DNA from: Iphione sp. A-MEVVRFRX5
Taxonomy: Eukaryota
Assembly (NCBI GenBank): GCA_976226885.1
Contig: OZ320319.1
Location: 49,414,001 to 49,478,000 of the forward strand
Length of the DNA: 64,000 bases
Reading direction: 5' to 3'
Every line of letters begins with the position of its first letter. Position 1 is the stretch's first letter. The notes beneath the pieces were generated by a model. It was not told the origin of the DNA. It worked only from the letters and a program-made list of their open reading frames with translations, and did not search any database. Positions 1 to 13,060 of this stretch are shown here, piece by piece. Made by a program: the position numbers and the translations under genes.

Positions 1-2029
1 GGAGAGGTATCCCTCAGCGCCCCCCCCCCATACACACACACGAGGAAGATTCAATATGCTGACTGTGCTGAATATGTTGTCATTAGTCTCACTCCAGACG
101 GCGCCCTCTGCCATGGAGGAGGAGGAGGATCCTCGAGGATTCATTAAAATGGAAGGATCGCTGAAATGCCAACGATGAGGCTGATTCACTAGCGGGGTGG
201 GGGATGGGTGGGGATGCTGGTGAGGTAGGGAGGGGGGGGGGGACTCTACACAGATACCTCAAGTTGAGCGAACTCATTCGTGCGAACCAACGGTTCAAGA
301 AGGATCCTGAACTAAAAGCGACTTTTCATGAACTAGTTTCCCTTGCACGCCAGGCCTATAATGTTAGAATAATGACGTGGGTATTGCTTCGTCTTTACAC
401 ATAAATGTGAAGAGACAACACAGTACACACATGTCTGTTATATCACAGCTTTCTTACATTTAGGGGGTATATTACTTATCTAAAACCATGAAGACTATCC
501 CTTGCCACATTGAGTAAGTGCGGTCTTATAGAGGCTTGATACTGATGAAAGGACGGCATATCAGAGACAACAACGTACTTGCAAGTTTCTTCAATTCAGA
601 GGCTTGTAGGCATGCTATTCCACTTTATAAATTGTTAACGAAAAACGACAGAAAAAAAACAAAGTCGATCACAATAAAAAGGTTACAATACCCTTATAAG
701 TTTACTTATGAGCGACCGACACATTTTTTGTAATGTTTATTAAACTAAACGGTTACATACAGAAACGTACATGTATTTGTTGTCCAGTACATCCAACAAG
801 ATTCTTAACATAGAAATAGTCGAGATGGGATGTAATGAATGAACAAAGATTGCAATAATGTCTTCACATGCGAGTTTCTGAACTGTATCATCTATTACAT
901 CCATTATTGGGTAATTTCACATATGGTGTGGTTTTCTATACATATACATTATGCACATTGCAATATTCATACGAAGACGTGGATCTCTGCGTCTGCATGT
1001 ACATTTATTTCCGTTCATGTCGTACACTTTTCACAATACCACATGCTTGCACCATGCCCATCTCAGATCTTGATTTGATGTAGTACAGGGTTAAAGTTAT
1101 GTTCATTTCATTTTTATCAAAACGAAATGGCAGACCTGTGTTGATTCGATTTTTCAACAGAGAAATATTATCTAAAAAGAGCATTTATATATAGCTAAAC
1201 AACAAACAGGATGATTTAAATCTAGCATGCGCACACACTTTAGCCATTTCAATGCATGACGTTTTTTTTCTTCAAATTAGGTTATTTACTCACAAAAGAA
1301 GTGAGTACGCCACCCTGTGCCACTACTGGGGGAAGGTCCTGTCTTAAGTATAGACCGGAGGACCTCTCTGCTCGCGAGTATTTCATACCGTCCATTAATA
1401 ACAGGCTCCTACAGCTGAGGTGCACGGGGATTGGTGCAAACACCAATCTTAGTGATGGAAGGGGGGGGGGTGGGCGTGGGGGGGGGGGAGGTCGTGTCGG
1501 GTTGCTACTAACTCGTTGGATATTGCCTGCTGTCCGTGACGAGCCACCCAGCGTGGGTGTCGTTGGTCGTGGATTACACTTCCATTAGAGCTACCTGGCC
1601 GACAAACTCCGCCCAGTTAACTCCCAGAGGCCTGGCCCAGGAAGTGTTGCTAGTTTAGCACCTTCGAGCTCTCTAGCTTCCACGCGCGTCGAAGGCGAAA
1701 GAGCAGGCGCCTGCTGCTAGGCTGACTTCATTATGTATTCGAATGTAGATTGTGGCCGTTAGGAAAGCCTCCCAAAGGAAAGCAATCAAAACTGCTGAAC
1801 GACTAGTTGATGACGGGCATGGGTTTTAACGGACCTTATCAATGTATAATCTTTCAAAATCACGTCCAAACATCAAATAATTTAATGTAAATGTACATGT
1901 ACCGCTGTAAAGCATATTGTTCGCATCAGAGAAAGATCATACAAGACCACTCATAGACTCTTAGCTACATTCAGTTCTTAGCGAAAGATCAAGAAAAACC
2001 TCCACACTAGGTAGTGAAGAAATATTTCG

Positions 2030-2270
2030 CCCTACAAAACCAAACATTCAGTAATGTGGAAAATGGACAAATCAGGTGTCAAAGAGCAGTTACTGGACTA
2101 TCAATGGACTATCCATCTCGTGCCAGGAAGCTCCCTTCTCCAGGGAGACCATCTAAGAGTCCAGCTCGTGAGGGACTCACTTCACATAAAGAGGCAGGCC
2201 GAGAGGAGCTCAGAACTCTCCAAGGATCGGAAGACACACACTTCCCGTATGGAGACGGCCGCGCGAGGTC
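2030..2270 (+). pseudogene. Possible Penelope-like retroelement GIY-YIG endonuclease C-terminal relic
   Basis: KTKH..MDKSGVKEQ..QLVRDSLHIKRQ..ELSKD then, after a frameshift, GRHTLPVW. This resembles the family pattern KEH..KSAVAEH..VKEAIHIR..LNRDGG..LP.W. The GIY and YIG motifs themselves are not visible. Confidence 0.35.
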
Positions 2271-5114
2271 CTGGTGACATACACGTGGGTGATTATCATT
2301 CGGTTCACTTACACAAGCTGAAGTAGCTAATGCTCATGGCGCGTGACATTTCCTTTCGGATGAAGATCTTGATGCAATGTCCACATATAAATCTACTTGG
2401 GTTTATACTGGGTGATATATGTGGTTGGAGAGCAAAACAGCTTGCTAAGGAAGAGGTGCTTCAAGTAAAGATGTATTATTTCTTTGTGTATCAACATTTC
2501 TCTAATACACTGCCTACTCGATTATGGGTCAACAATGTTTATAAACATTCTTTCGTACACAACACCTTACTTTTAAAAAGCCAAGAAAAAGCCGGATATG
2601 CATTATTTACCTATATGATTAAGTCTTTCATCTCTTTCTATAACAGAACTCTAGTTGCAAAATAATCTGAAAGTTCTCGTATAATGAAAGCGTATTACAG
2701 TTTTACAAGCTTTGTATCAGAATATCCGATAAGAACGAATAAAGCTACGTGATTCTCGTCGTTACGTGTAATAATTAAACGTTCCTGTCAGAGGATCTAA
2801 ACAAAGGAAATTTACTGAGTGATCTTACTGCTTGGAAATGTATAGAATGTATACTAGATGGAAAGAAAGTACTACAGCACAGCTGCTTTTGAACACATGG
2901 AAGATTGATGGCGATGCTAGGAGATGGAAATCCTGTGGTAAACACCCTATAGAATAAAATCAAGGTCAATGAGACAAGTATAATCCTAAAGCGTAAAGCT
3001 GCTTTTAGTACAGAGATCACGGAGCTGGTGTCGAAAAGCTGCGCCGGTCCGTATACACATAAAGAAAGGGTGTTCCATCAAGGACAGCAAAAGCTTAGTT
3101 TTGGCGAGTGTGCAATGTCACCCTCACGCCTTGTTAAGTTGGGCGCTGCTTTTGGCTCCACATAAACTGGCGAACAGGCTGGGCTATGGCGTCTGTCTAG
3201 ATGAACTATAGATCCTTGTAAGTCGGCTTTCAGGTTAGTGAAAGGCCTCCTTTAGTTTGGCCTGGTTACGAGTGTTAACCGAGGATATCTGAATGCTCAC
3301 CTTAAAGTTGGCTCCGTAGAATTTAACTCTACGAGCTCCAGCGCTGCCTCATTCTTTCCCTCCTGTAGCTTGCTAAAGGCTATGTGTAGGTGCCCAGCTG
3401 GCCAGCCACTCCCTAAGCTTCCCAGCTCTACTGCGGACAAGGCGATTTTACTGCGGACAAGGCGATTTTAGCGCCAGATTTCGCTGGGCCACTGACCACC
3501 AGGTACTGAACATACACAGACAATGAGCCCTATAAGCTTGTCCGCACCGACCGACCCGACCTTAGGGCCTAGGGGAAGCCTGCTGCTTTTGTCAGCCAAG
3601 GGCGGCGACGGTGCATATATTCAACACTGATTTTCCCCTAAGCCCTGTGGATGTTGGCGCCTGCATGAAAGAACTTTCTCAATACCGTCCCTGGAAAGCT
3701 AACCAAGTTTTCCTCTATAATCTTCTCTTCCCTCTTCTACTTGTCTGTGTATCCGTAGACTTCCAAATCTCCCTATTTTCAGCTTACACTCTAAGGATTT
3801 CGTCTGCAACGAACCTGTTTCTCATCATTCTACCCTTTTCATTAGCTGTGTTATGCGAGCAGACCTTCCTAATTGCTGTAGAATGTCGGACTCGAAGAGG
3901 GAAACTGGATCAAATAAGACTTCCTTGTCAAAGGATAAATGCGGACAAGAGCAACACGAGCAAAAGACTGCGAAATGAGTGCCTAAAGCAGGATAATGAA
4001 TTCATTGTTCATTTAACTGTAATGACGGAAAGGCACAGATTTTCGGGTGCTCCAAGCCACGATCCATCAATTTACAGTTAAGAGAACTGTGCCATGATGA
4101 TTATTTGGAAGTTAATGGTTTGAAATCGCACAACTACACACCTTTTACTCGACGGCACTGCTGCTGCACACTCTAGTTTCAGATCGACTGATGCCCGAAT
4201 GCCAACATGGCCGATGTCCTCACCATATTTTACATAACCGTTCCTTCCACTATAGGTTGTTAGGGATGGGATTAAAGATAAGTAAATGGAGTAGCTATCT
4301 AAGCAAATGGACAAAGACTAAAATTTGGAAGAATAAAACATATTCTCCCTTGTAAGTAAAGTAGAGTGCTGTTATGTGGTTACATCGGGTATATGGCCAC
4401 AAGACTAATACAGGCGATTTACATCAGAACCAACCATTTCCCTCTATAATCTTAGAAGTGAAAACACCAAGACTGCAGTCACATAAAACAAATCGTATCA
4501 CCTTGTCACTGTATTTTGGGAACCAAATAGACAAGTTTGATCAAGAACGCAGCAATGCACTGCACGTAGACCTACAAATGATTGAAAAAAAAACACTGCT
4601 TAAAGCATCCAATATGAGCAAGGAAGGGGCGGGTGCTAATGGACAGGTATCAGCAAACACAAGGGGAAAGGCCAGTAAACCACTCTCCTACACTGAAACG
4701 TGGTCTACAGAAACCTAAGCACATGCAATGAAATGGTGGGGTAGAATGGCAGTTGGAGTAAGAATATTATCAGGGAAGTGGACATAGGGCTATTATGGCC
4801 TGTTTTGCTTGGAGCCTGGGGTGACTGTACTCCTCAGACGCTGCTGTAAAAGTCTATTGGGTACAGTCACAGGGGCGGTTAGATAAAATATTATCAAGTC
4901 GAAGTTTTATCATTTGTGATTTATTTAAATTGCAGATACTATGCAGCTTCCGCCTCTTACGAACATGTTTTATGTTGATGATAGAGCTTTATATAATCAG
5001 GATGAGAAATGATCTAATACTGCGCACTTTCTGGATTGTAAGAACGTCGCTACGACCACAATTTCCAGGGCCGTCTCCAAACGTGATAAGCCGGATATTA
5101 CAGGGAAGCGCTAT

Positions 5115-5118
<4 letters not shown>

Positions 5119-5146
<28 letters not shown>
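5119..5146 (+). repeat. Poly(A)28 tract
   Basis: Homopolymer run; could be a retroposon tail but no TSD or parent element was recognised. Confidence 0.9.
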
Positions 5147-7011
5147 CACTACATATATCACAATTTGGGATTAAACGAAAACGACTATACCTTGAGATTA
5201 ACTGAATGGGGTTGTTACTGATATTATTTAGATGTGGAAATACCTCATTGGACCTTGTTAAATAGGACAGAAAAAATAGTCATTCGTCATAGCCACTGCA
5301 TTCATTCCATCTCAAAGAAAAAGCATATTAAGTCTCCAAAGAAGAGCAGACAAAAAGCCTTTCTTTCATGGATGTCCTGCGTCTACAATTCGCGTTATCT
5401 GTGTTGAAGGATAATTGGAAAGTCACAGAATGCCTACAGTATAATATCCTGATAGAATACAGTTCTCTTGTGAGGCGATGTGCTTTTTTAGTACAAAAAC
5501 GCACACTGGGTATACAGCAGTTTCGTGAAAGTTAACACGTAGTATCCGTAGGCTCAACCGATCCCCCCAAGGTGTATGTTACATGTATCGTCTTCAAAAT
5601 CATAAAACTGCGGCAAGCACAAAGGTGTATCTGGTACTATGACGTGAAATATGAGTGTGAAGCAGAGCCACTTCGATCCCGGTCAGAGCCGCTATACTGT
5701 CCTCTGATGACCCTAACACCCCCCCCCCCCCTTTTTTTTCCCCCTTCCCCGTCTCCACACGTGCGCGGTCGTGTTCCGCAATCAAGGAGGACTGCATGCC
5801 ATCGAGTCCTAGGCAAAGCCGAAACGTAATCGGCAGAAGAGGACCTCGTTCATCTCTGAAGTTAAACTGATGCTATATTTTTTGTTTCAGAAGGAAAAGG
5901 AAAACCCAGAAACCTCTGCTGGACCAAGGGAAACCGTACTGTCACTAGACCTCCTCATTAATCGAATCTTGCACATAAAAACCACGCACAATTTTAGCCG
6001 ATCGCCCATCTAGACATGTATGTTTGTATTTAAGGATCTCATTTGAAAAAAAAACCCAGCAACTACAACAGTGGCAATTCTAGATGCAACAGAATTAGTT
6101 CACTGCATTTCTCGAACATTATCGACGTATCATTTAAGTTTTATCCCGTCAGCACTTCTAGTTCTCAGCGGTAAAAGCTTTCTCTCTTGTCATATCCCTC
6201 TGGAACCATTCTAAATTGCCTCTCATAAGAATCCTCCCTTTTCATGAATATTGTGTTATATATTCCACGATCGCTGGGAGCGATAATATTCCCAGGGTGA
6301 ACAGCCATAAGAAAAAGTTTGATACTACAAGAACGAAGGGACACGAAACAACAAAATATGCTTTATATATAAATTAAAGTGTAGCAAAAACCAGCCTATT
6401 AATTGGACGGGGACAGAGGGTTAGTTCCACTGAATTGGCAATGATGTTACTTTTGAAGGAGGTAACAAAACTATATTGACTGAAGGGCATGAATCATGTA
6501 TCTGATGAGAATAAAATGGCCTACAATGTATGGAGAATTAAACACGTGACAACTTAACACTAGCAGCGATAGTAAGAGGCTCTAAAATAAAGGTAATAAC
6601 GGTAATAGCAACTATTGAAAAATTGATGAAATAGCAGCGGGAGGCACTTATTCTAGTAAGGATGCTCACGGTTACATCAATCATCTATCCTTCTGATTAA
6701 GTATAAAACAAAATGGACGTGTGTAGGAGGGCAATGCTTCGGACGATATCGAAGGAATGTTGATGCCGAGCAGGTGATATAACAAATCTGTAAAACCACA
6801 CGATCTGTATGCCTAGAACAAACAAACAAAATCAAAACGAGAGGTGCATACATAAATGAAATGGCGTGACCTTATAAAGAGACGAAGTAATCCAACGCAT
6901 GCCAGGCTATTAAGTATGATATTAGGAGGAAATGCATGTGTCGCAATTTCAAACCGACCAAGAGCAATATATATACATGTACTCACAGTGGAGTTATAAT
7001 AAAGACATGAT

Positions 7012-7067
7012 ATAATTTGCGATGAAGATGGACAATAAAGTGATCTTTTTGTGAGAAACGCAACACC
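7012..7067. repeat. Direct repeat copy A (56 bp) flanking the gag relic
   Basis: ataatttgcgatgaagatggacaataaagtgatctttttgtgagaaacgcaacacc; 51/56 identical to 8339-8394. Confidence 0.92.
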
Positions 7068-7439
7068 TACACAACTTAAGAGGACTAACAATACCACCTA
7101 TTATGAACGCATATTTACAATTACCGTTAATACAAGACTTCATTATTTTAATAGATCTTTTACCAATGTAACTGTTCACTGTACATATGACATCCCCTTC
7201 ACTCGAATCATCACATATAAATTCAGGCAAGATATCGTTTGCTTCATAACACGTTATGCCGGCAATGTCGTCGCCGCCGTTACTCGCAACGTCACTCAAA
7301 TAGTCCCTGTCACACCAGGAACCATTAATATCACCAGCATCCCTGGATCTAAAAAAACAATAATTCATCATGGGTGAAAGTTCAAGTTCATCAGACTCAC
7401 AGTTCATAGAGAATTCCTCCTCTGCACCTTGTTAACGTG

Positions 7440-8197
7440 CTAGTCAGTTGCCTCCTGCAGATTTGTTAGACACTCTGACGAACTGTGTCCTCCCTGTTGG
7501 CATTTCTGACAAACATGCCTAAACCTACAGCTAGCCTTGTCACAACCAGCACCGTTGAATTTAAAACACACTCCTCTCTGCTTCTTCAACGTCCTTTTCA
7601 CATCCTTGGCCCCGGCTACCTCGACCGTGGCATCGAGATTCAAACAACGATGACTGAGCACAGTATCTCCATAACAGAATGCTCCTGACCCTTCTTTGAC
7701 AGCTTTCTTCCTCATTTCACAATCATGATCGATGAGTGACTCACTGGTGTAAATCTTTGCGGAGGTTCTGTCCACCACAAAGGCAACATGGTCCGCATAC
7801 CCGGTAACATCCATTCCCTCACTCAACATTTTCCTCCACAGCCCGATGGAAATCGAATATCCCTTCGATTTCTTACCTTCTTTCTTCTCTCTCCTCCTTC
7901 TCTGCTCAGCATCATGGACATTATCACCCTCCGAGTCAGAGGAGCACCTCTCCTCAGATGGTAGGGCTTCAGATACAGTGGACTTCTTAAGAGTCCTTCA
8001 GTGTCAATGCCGACTTTCTCGCAAGGATCGCCTCCATCATCCTTTCGGGTTTCTCGAAACGTTTCTCTACCGAAACATCAAGTAATTTCCTATTTGGCTC
8101 GTCCAAACAGTCACTTAGGGCACTATCTTTGTCCGTCCTGCAATTCTTCCCAACTGGGTAATATGCTTGATACCAGACTTCTTGCAGCCTTTACCAT
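7440..8197 (-). pseudogene. Degenerate gag-like ORF1 of a tyrosine-recombinase (Ngaro/DIRS-type) retrotransposon
   Basis: C-terminal CFKFNGAGCDKASCRFRHVCQKCQQGGHSSSEC finger (7470-7568), preceded by LIDHDCEMRKKA (YDxxFR-like). An N-terminal C-KK-(S)-GIKH..YPVGKNC motif at 8140-8186 needs frameshifts; putative ATG at 8195-8197. Confidence 0.62.
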
Positions 8198-8338
8198 CGT
8201 AGCCCTAGAAAACACCTCTTGCTCCCTACAAAATTTCAAAGTGTGTGCCGTTATAGAACAATACGGCGAGGTTACTAAGCAACAACAACGACGTATGCAC
8301 TTTTATAACATATATCAATATAATAAACTATATATCAC

Positions 8339-8394
8339 ATAATTTGCGATGAAGATGGAAAATAAACTGGTCTTTTTGTGAGAAACTCAAGACC
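8339..8394. repeat. Direct repeat copy B (56 bp) flanking the gag relic
   Basis: ataatttgcgatgaagatggaaaataaactggtctttttgtgagaaactcaagacc; same orientation as 7012-7067. Confidence 0.92.
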
Positions 8395-9039
8395 CTTCAA
8401 ATTTCTAGAACCCGTGATAAACCTGCTGACATCGATCAACTGTCTCCTCCCCTACATTTAAGTCCCAGGTGTTTCCTTTAGCTAAGTAAACACTGTACTG
8501 GGGGTGACTTTCAGGAACCAAAACCAGGAAAACGATTGGTATCAGTGGTCCGGCTAGAACAAGATGATTCATACCATCCGTAGCGGAATGCACGCATCTT
8601 GGAGGAAGAATGATAGAGTATCTCATCTACTGTTAACGCAGGTGAAATAAGAATTCTATCCGAGGCCGAGATGATGGCATTGGTCTCCAAAATAGCTTCC
8701 GTCTTTCTTCCTTCGTTACACTTCTGCTCTAATTAGGACCGATAAAAATAACGCTGAGCAGCTTAGGGCGTTTACCGGAAGAAGGAAACTACAAGCTAAA
8801 CAGTAGATTGAGCTGGAAGGTTTTTTTTCCGTTGTGCACAGAAAAATGTACCCCAACTCCCAGTGCATTTGGAAATGAATGTTTCGGGAAGGATTGTATT
8901 TAAACAACCCGTTGGCATAGGAGCCCATTTCTGCGTTACTTTGTAGGACTGATTGTTTGGACGAAACTGAAAGTTACGCCAATAACATCCGCAAAGCACT
9001 CAGTCTTCAGGAAACCCTAATTTGATTGAGACAGGAGAC

Positions 9040-9690
9040 ATAATAGGAACGTGCATGGCACTTTGTGAGAAGATTGTGGATATTACGGACAGCTGATGTT
9101 CGTGAGCTACTGGGTTTCTTTGCTTTCTTGAGGTCTTCCGGTTTTAAATAATGAGTAAGATTCATGTAGGGTTCTCCATCATTTGTCTATACCTTAAAAC
9201 TTCATGACAGCATTAACAAAATTAGCTATGATTATTCTAAAGCCCAGGAGTGGAATCTTTTAAGATTCGAATACGAAAATTGCAGAATTGACATAAAACG
9301 CTTAGAGAACAAAAACGCAGTGCGATTAAAAAGATGGCACAGCGAATTTATAACCTTGATTCATCTATGGATTGGATAACAGATAGAGCCATCAATAGAA
9401 GCAGTAAAAAGTGATCCCTTTCAAGCAACAATCCATTAGGTGATTAATCTTTTACTTCGCACGCTAACGGTATTAAAATTGAGGAAATATGGCATGTGTT
9501 CCATGACGCTGTTGCACGTCTCGTTTTCAGTGATCCATCCCCATGAGAAAAGTTTATCGCTTTACTACAAGTCGGTAAAAGTCCTGCCGGTATGACTCCG
9601 GAAATCGAATTAAGCGACGATATGCGTGAGGTGCAGCGTATACCACCCACAACGAATGCTGAATTAAAACCACACGAATCTGAAGAAGGT
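9040..9690 (+). pseudogene. Decayed coding-like stretch of unknown identity (weak resemblance to a Penelope ORF N-terminus)
   Basis: Long near-open frames with scattered stops: FVYTLKLHDSINKISYDYSKAQEWNLLRFEYENCRIDIKRLENK, then a frameshift to KKMAQRIYNLDSSMDW..IEEIWHVFHDAVARLVF. Confidence 0.28.
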
Positions 9691-12600
9691 AGGTCATAGG
9701 CCACCGAGCCGTTGGGAGCACAGGGTGGCCAAGGCGGCCGTCGACGTGAGAGGCATTTGTGGTGCTGACCAGTAGTCCAAGGGGCGCTGCTGACCTCCTA
9801 GGTGGAGCCAAGCCCTGTGCACCGCATGGACCGTGCAAGGCAGAGAAAGGCAGGTCGGCCGTTACATGGTGCCTACCTAATGACGTGCATTCATCATAGA
9901 AATAGAAACTCGGGAGAGAACGGCTGCAAAGAGATCCACAATGGTTAAAAATAGTCCTTGACATGGATTCAAAAAGGGAAATACATGTAACTTCAGTAGG
10001 ATTAGTTCATTCTGCATGGCACAGTCGACAGAGAAGCTATACATTTTTTTTCCAATAAAGAAAAATTGCATCCGGACTATTTCTATCCTACCCCATGTGT
10101 CTGTCATTTGTTAATACGATAAAGCGTCAGCCATTTTGCCCTTGTAGTTTCCTCTAATGTATCTTAACGATGGTTGATTTGAGGATATTTCCTCGGGTGT
10201 CGAAAAAACAAGGCCTTCCCATGTGATGTATTCAAGTAGGAGCGCACCATTGTCCGACTCGCACCATTATTAGGGCATCATGTCACTTTCACATTATGTA
10301 CAGTATGTGTTCCATTAATGTACAGTATGTGTTCCATTAACAGCTCAGGTCATCACTGACTCGCCACTACTCGCGCGTACACGGCACGATAATAACACGT
10401 ACATCGCATGCTTGTAAGATCTCCTCTCTCATACCTGCGAGTAATGCCCTTGCAATAGTATACCGGGTTAGAGGTGCTGAAGTTTGTGGGCATTCAAAGT
10501 TTGGAGTGTTGTAAAAAAACGTATTGAGAGATATATACAACTACACAAATGTATCATCCAGTTACATTTGCGTAGGATACGTTTTGTTTTGTCTATACCA
10601 CGAATTTGATTTGTGATGTGATGTAAAGCTTATTGAGTTCCAGTGTCTTATAATACGATAAGGTATTCAATTGGACATTGTTTTGGGAAGTAAAAATAAA
10701 CAAATGCTTTTCCTAATTACCATGTAACATCTCTGGCTGGTAAGCTTACATTGTGTAAATATGTGTCAAGGTAATTGGGAAGATGGTAGTCAAGCTGTGA
10801 CTTGGAAGGAAGTACATGTGACTTAGCAATGGGGACAGATGTCCAGGCATCAATTTAGAGATTTATAAACGCATATTATTAAAATAAAACAGATGAATGA
10901 ACCCTCACGCCCAGATACAAACACAGCTCACTTACGACATGAAAAGGACACCTCGCTTACAGGGCATAGACCGAGAGGATAAGCCTTTATAAGCCACTAT
11001 AGCCACTAAATCTAGGTCTTCTCTACTGTAGTTCATGGCAAAGTGACACAGTAAATTATATGATGTCTTAACAGTGTTAGGCGAAGGATTAAAGTGGACT
11101 GTCTAACCTGTGGTAATAACAGGAATGATCTTCAGCCGTATAATTCGATTAGATCACATCGTTCAAACAAAAGAAGTTTTACACTCTAATGAAAAAAAAA
11201 AACTAACCGCAACAAGTTTGAATATCATACTGACAAATGACTTCCGGCCTTTCACAGATGAGGTATGAGGCACCCAACGCAGGTTAGGATTCGCACAGCG
11301 ATTACACCTTATCTTCTACTCTTTTGTTGATTCAGGTCTGTGGAGAGCTTTCCAACAATCGCATTAATCCTTACCCCAGCAGCTTTCTTAGTAATAGGTA
11401 GATCCTCTAAACCCATGTCAGACGGGTGTCGGACACAACCAATCATTTACAGAGAATGCAGCTCTTTGTCCTCGTGGAATGCATTCTATGCGACAGCACC
11501 GCTCCTGACTAAGTGGTGCAGACCGCCAGTGTTCCCGGTGGCTAGTAGATGACTTGGAAAGCGCTTGATCCACCCGATCCCCCACCGGCTGGAGTGGGCC
11601 ACGGAGCCACCTGAGCTAGATTATCCGATCGCCAACACCCAATACATAAATCTGGCATATATGAATAAATAAATATCGCACATTGGTCTCAGGATTTTAC
11701 GGTACGGTGCAGCTGGAGACAAGGATGGACGACAGCCGAGTCCCAAAGTGCGTAACCACTACGAAGTGCATATTTTTTTCCATCGCCCCTTCTCTTTGCG
11801 TCTGCGACCGGTGCTTACAGAATGAGCAGTTCCCTACGAACTGCTAAAGCCCACACTACCAGCCGCTTAGAGCAATTTCCCTTCTAATAAGCCAGGTGTA
11901 ATGCCGTCAACAGACTTTCCAATGACCACCTAAACTAGAGGCTTCATTGTGTAGGGGGCTCCGACCAGTAAAACACCCTGTTGGTAGATATCATTATGCG
12001 TCGCTTCGGCCATTCTATTACCATGCTGCTGATGTCATTCCCGTTTTATGCTGGCTCATCCGGGACTAAGTACTCGGACCAATTTGGTACCGAACAGACG
12101 CGGGCTAATCATTCTCATGAAAATGACGCCATGACACGAGCAGGCAACGTATTTTCTTCGGATCGATCATCCGTGATACCCGCGACCCCGATCAGGAGAT
12201 ATTATCTCCCCGTTTCCCCTCTTACTGCTAGCAGACAGCGTTTAATAGCAGGATACTTTTTGTAGGATGTCTGGCAGAAAAAAAAGGTTGAGAAGATTCG
12301 GATGGTAGTTGCAAGCTCGGGCTTCCTCCGCCTTGAAAGTCCTGATGCCCTATAGAACCAGTCTCGTGTCAGCAAGCAAGCTCTTAGATCCGTGATTTGA
12401 TTGGATAACCAGCTAGAAAACGTTAATCAGAGTTACGCGTAGCCGTGATATGTCGGTAAGCAATATAAAGATAAGGAATTTCATCTGTAAGCGGCCACCC
12501 CCCTCCAAACATCATACCTTTTTGTTCAGTGTAGAATTTCTTGGTTATACATGCTTAGATCGTTAGTGTGATATACATGTACATCTATATACTATACATA

Positions 12601-12929
12601 CATGGGCCACTAAGACAAAACCATCAATGCTGAACGTGTAATTTATAGCGATGTTACAGGTGCACTATACAATGTGTTGTATATACAAATACATGTACAT
12701 GTAATCGTTGTGAATCATTCTTTGGTGAATAAACAAATCATCCTTTAGGCGTACGTAACAGTTAGCCGCATACACCTATAGCATATCACACTAGGGTGAT
12801 GTCAACCAGGGAATATTTACAGTATAAATGAGTTACAAAGTCTTTCTCAAAGATAAACTTCAGCTGCATTGTGATTTTCGAAGAAAAGAACGTACTCATC
12901 CAAAACGTTAGTAAGACAGGCTTTGAGAG

Positions 12930-13060
12930 CTGAAAAGTTGCCAGCTAGCTGCTAAAGCATAGCGAGAACACCATGTACACCAGGCATCGCAGTAGTCTAT
13001 AATGTCTTGCTTTAAGGGCTGCTCTATGCATGGGCTGATTTCGTCATGTAAAAACGTCGT
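12930..13060 (-). mobile_element. Faint LINE C-terminal fragment
   Basis: IIDYCDAWCTWCS resembles the CR1/L2 post-RT motif LDYCxxVWxxC. Confidence 0.25.

Noticed and set aside
204-404. YLKLSELIRANQRFKKDPEL as a PIF1/Helitron helicase motif
   Set aside because: Only a loose echo of one motif; no other helicase motifs nearby.
3611-4081. 156-aa ORF as a membrane-protein gene
   Set aside because: Hydrophobicity reflects a T/C-rich strand (purine-rich antisense); no domain or splice support.
5670-5700. TTCGATCCCGG as a tRNA/SINE B box
   Set aside because: No A box or cloverleaf upstream.
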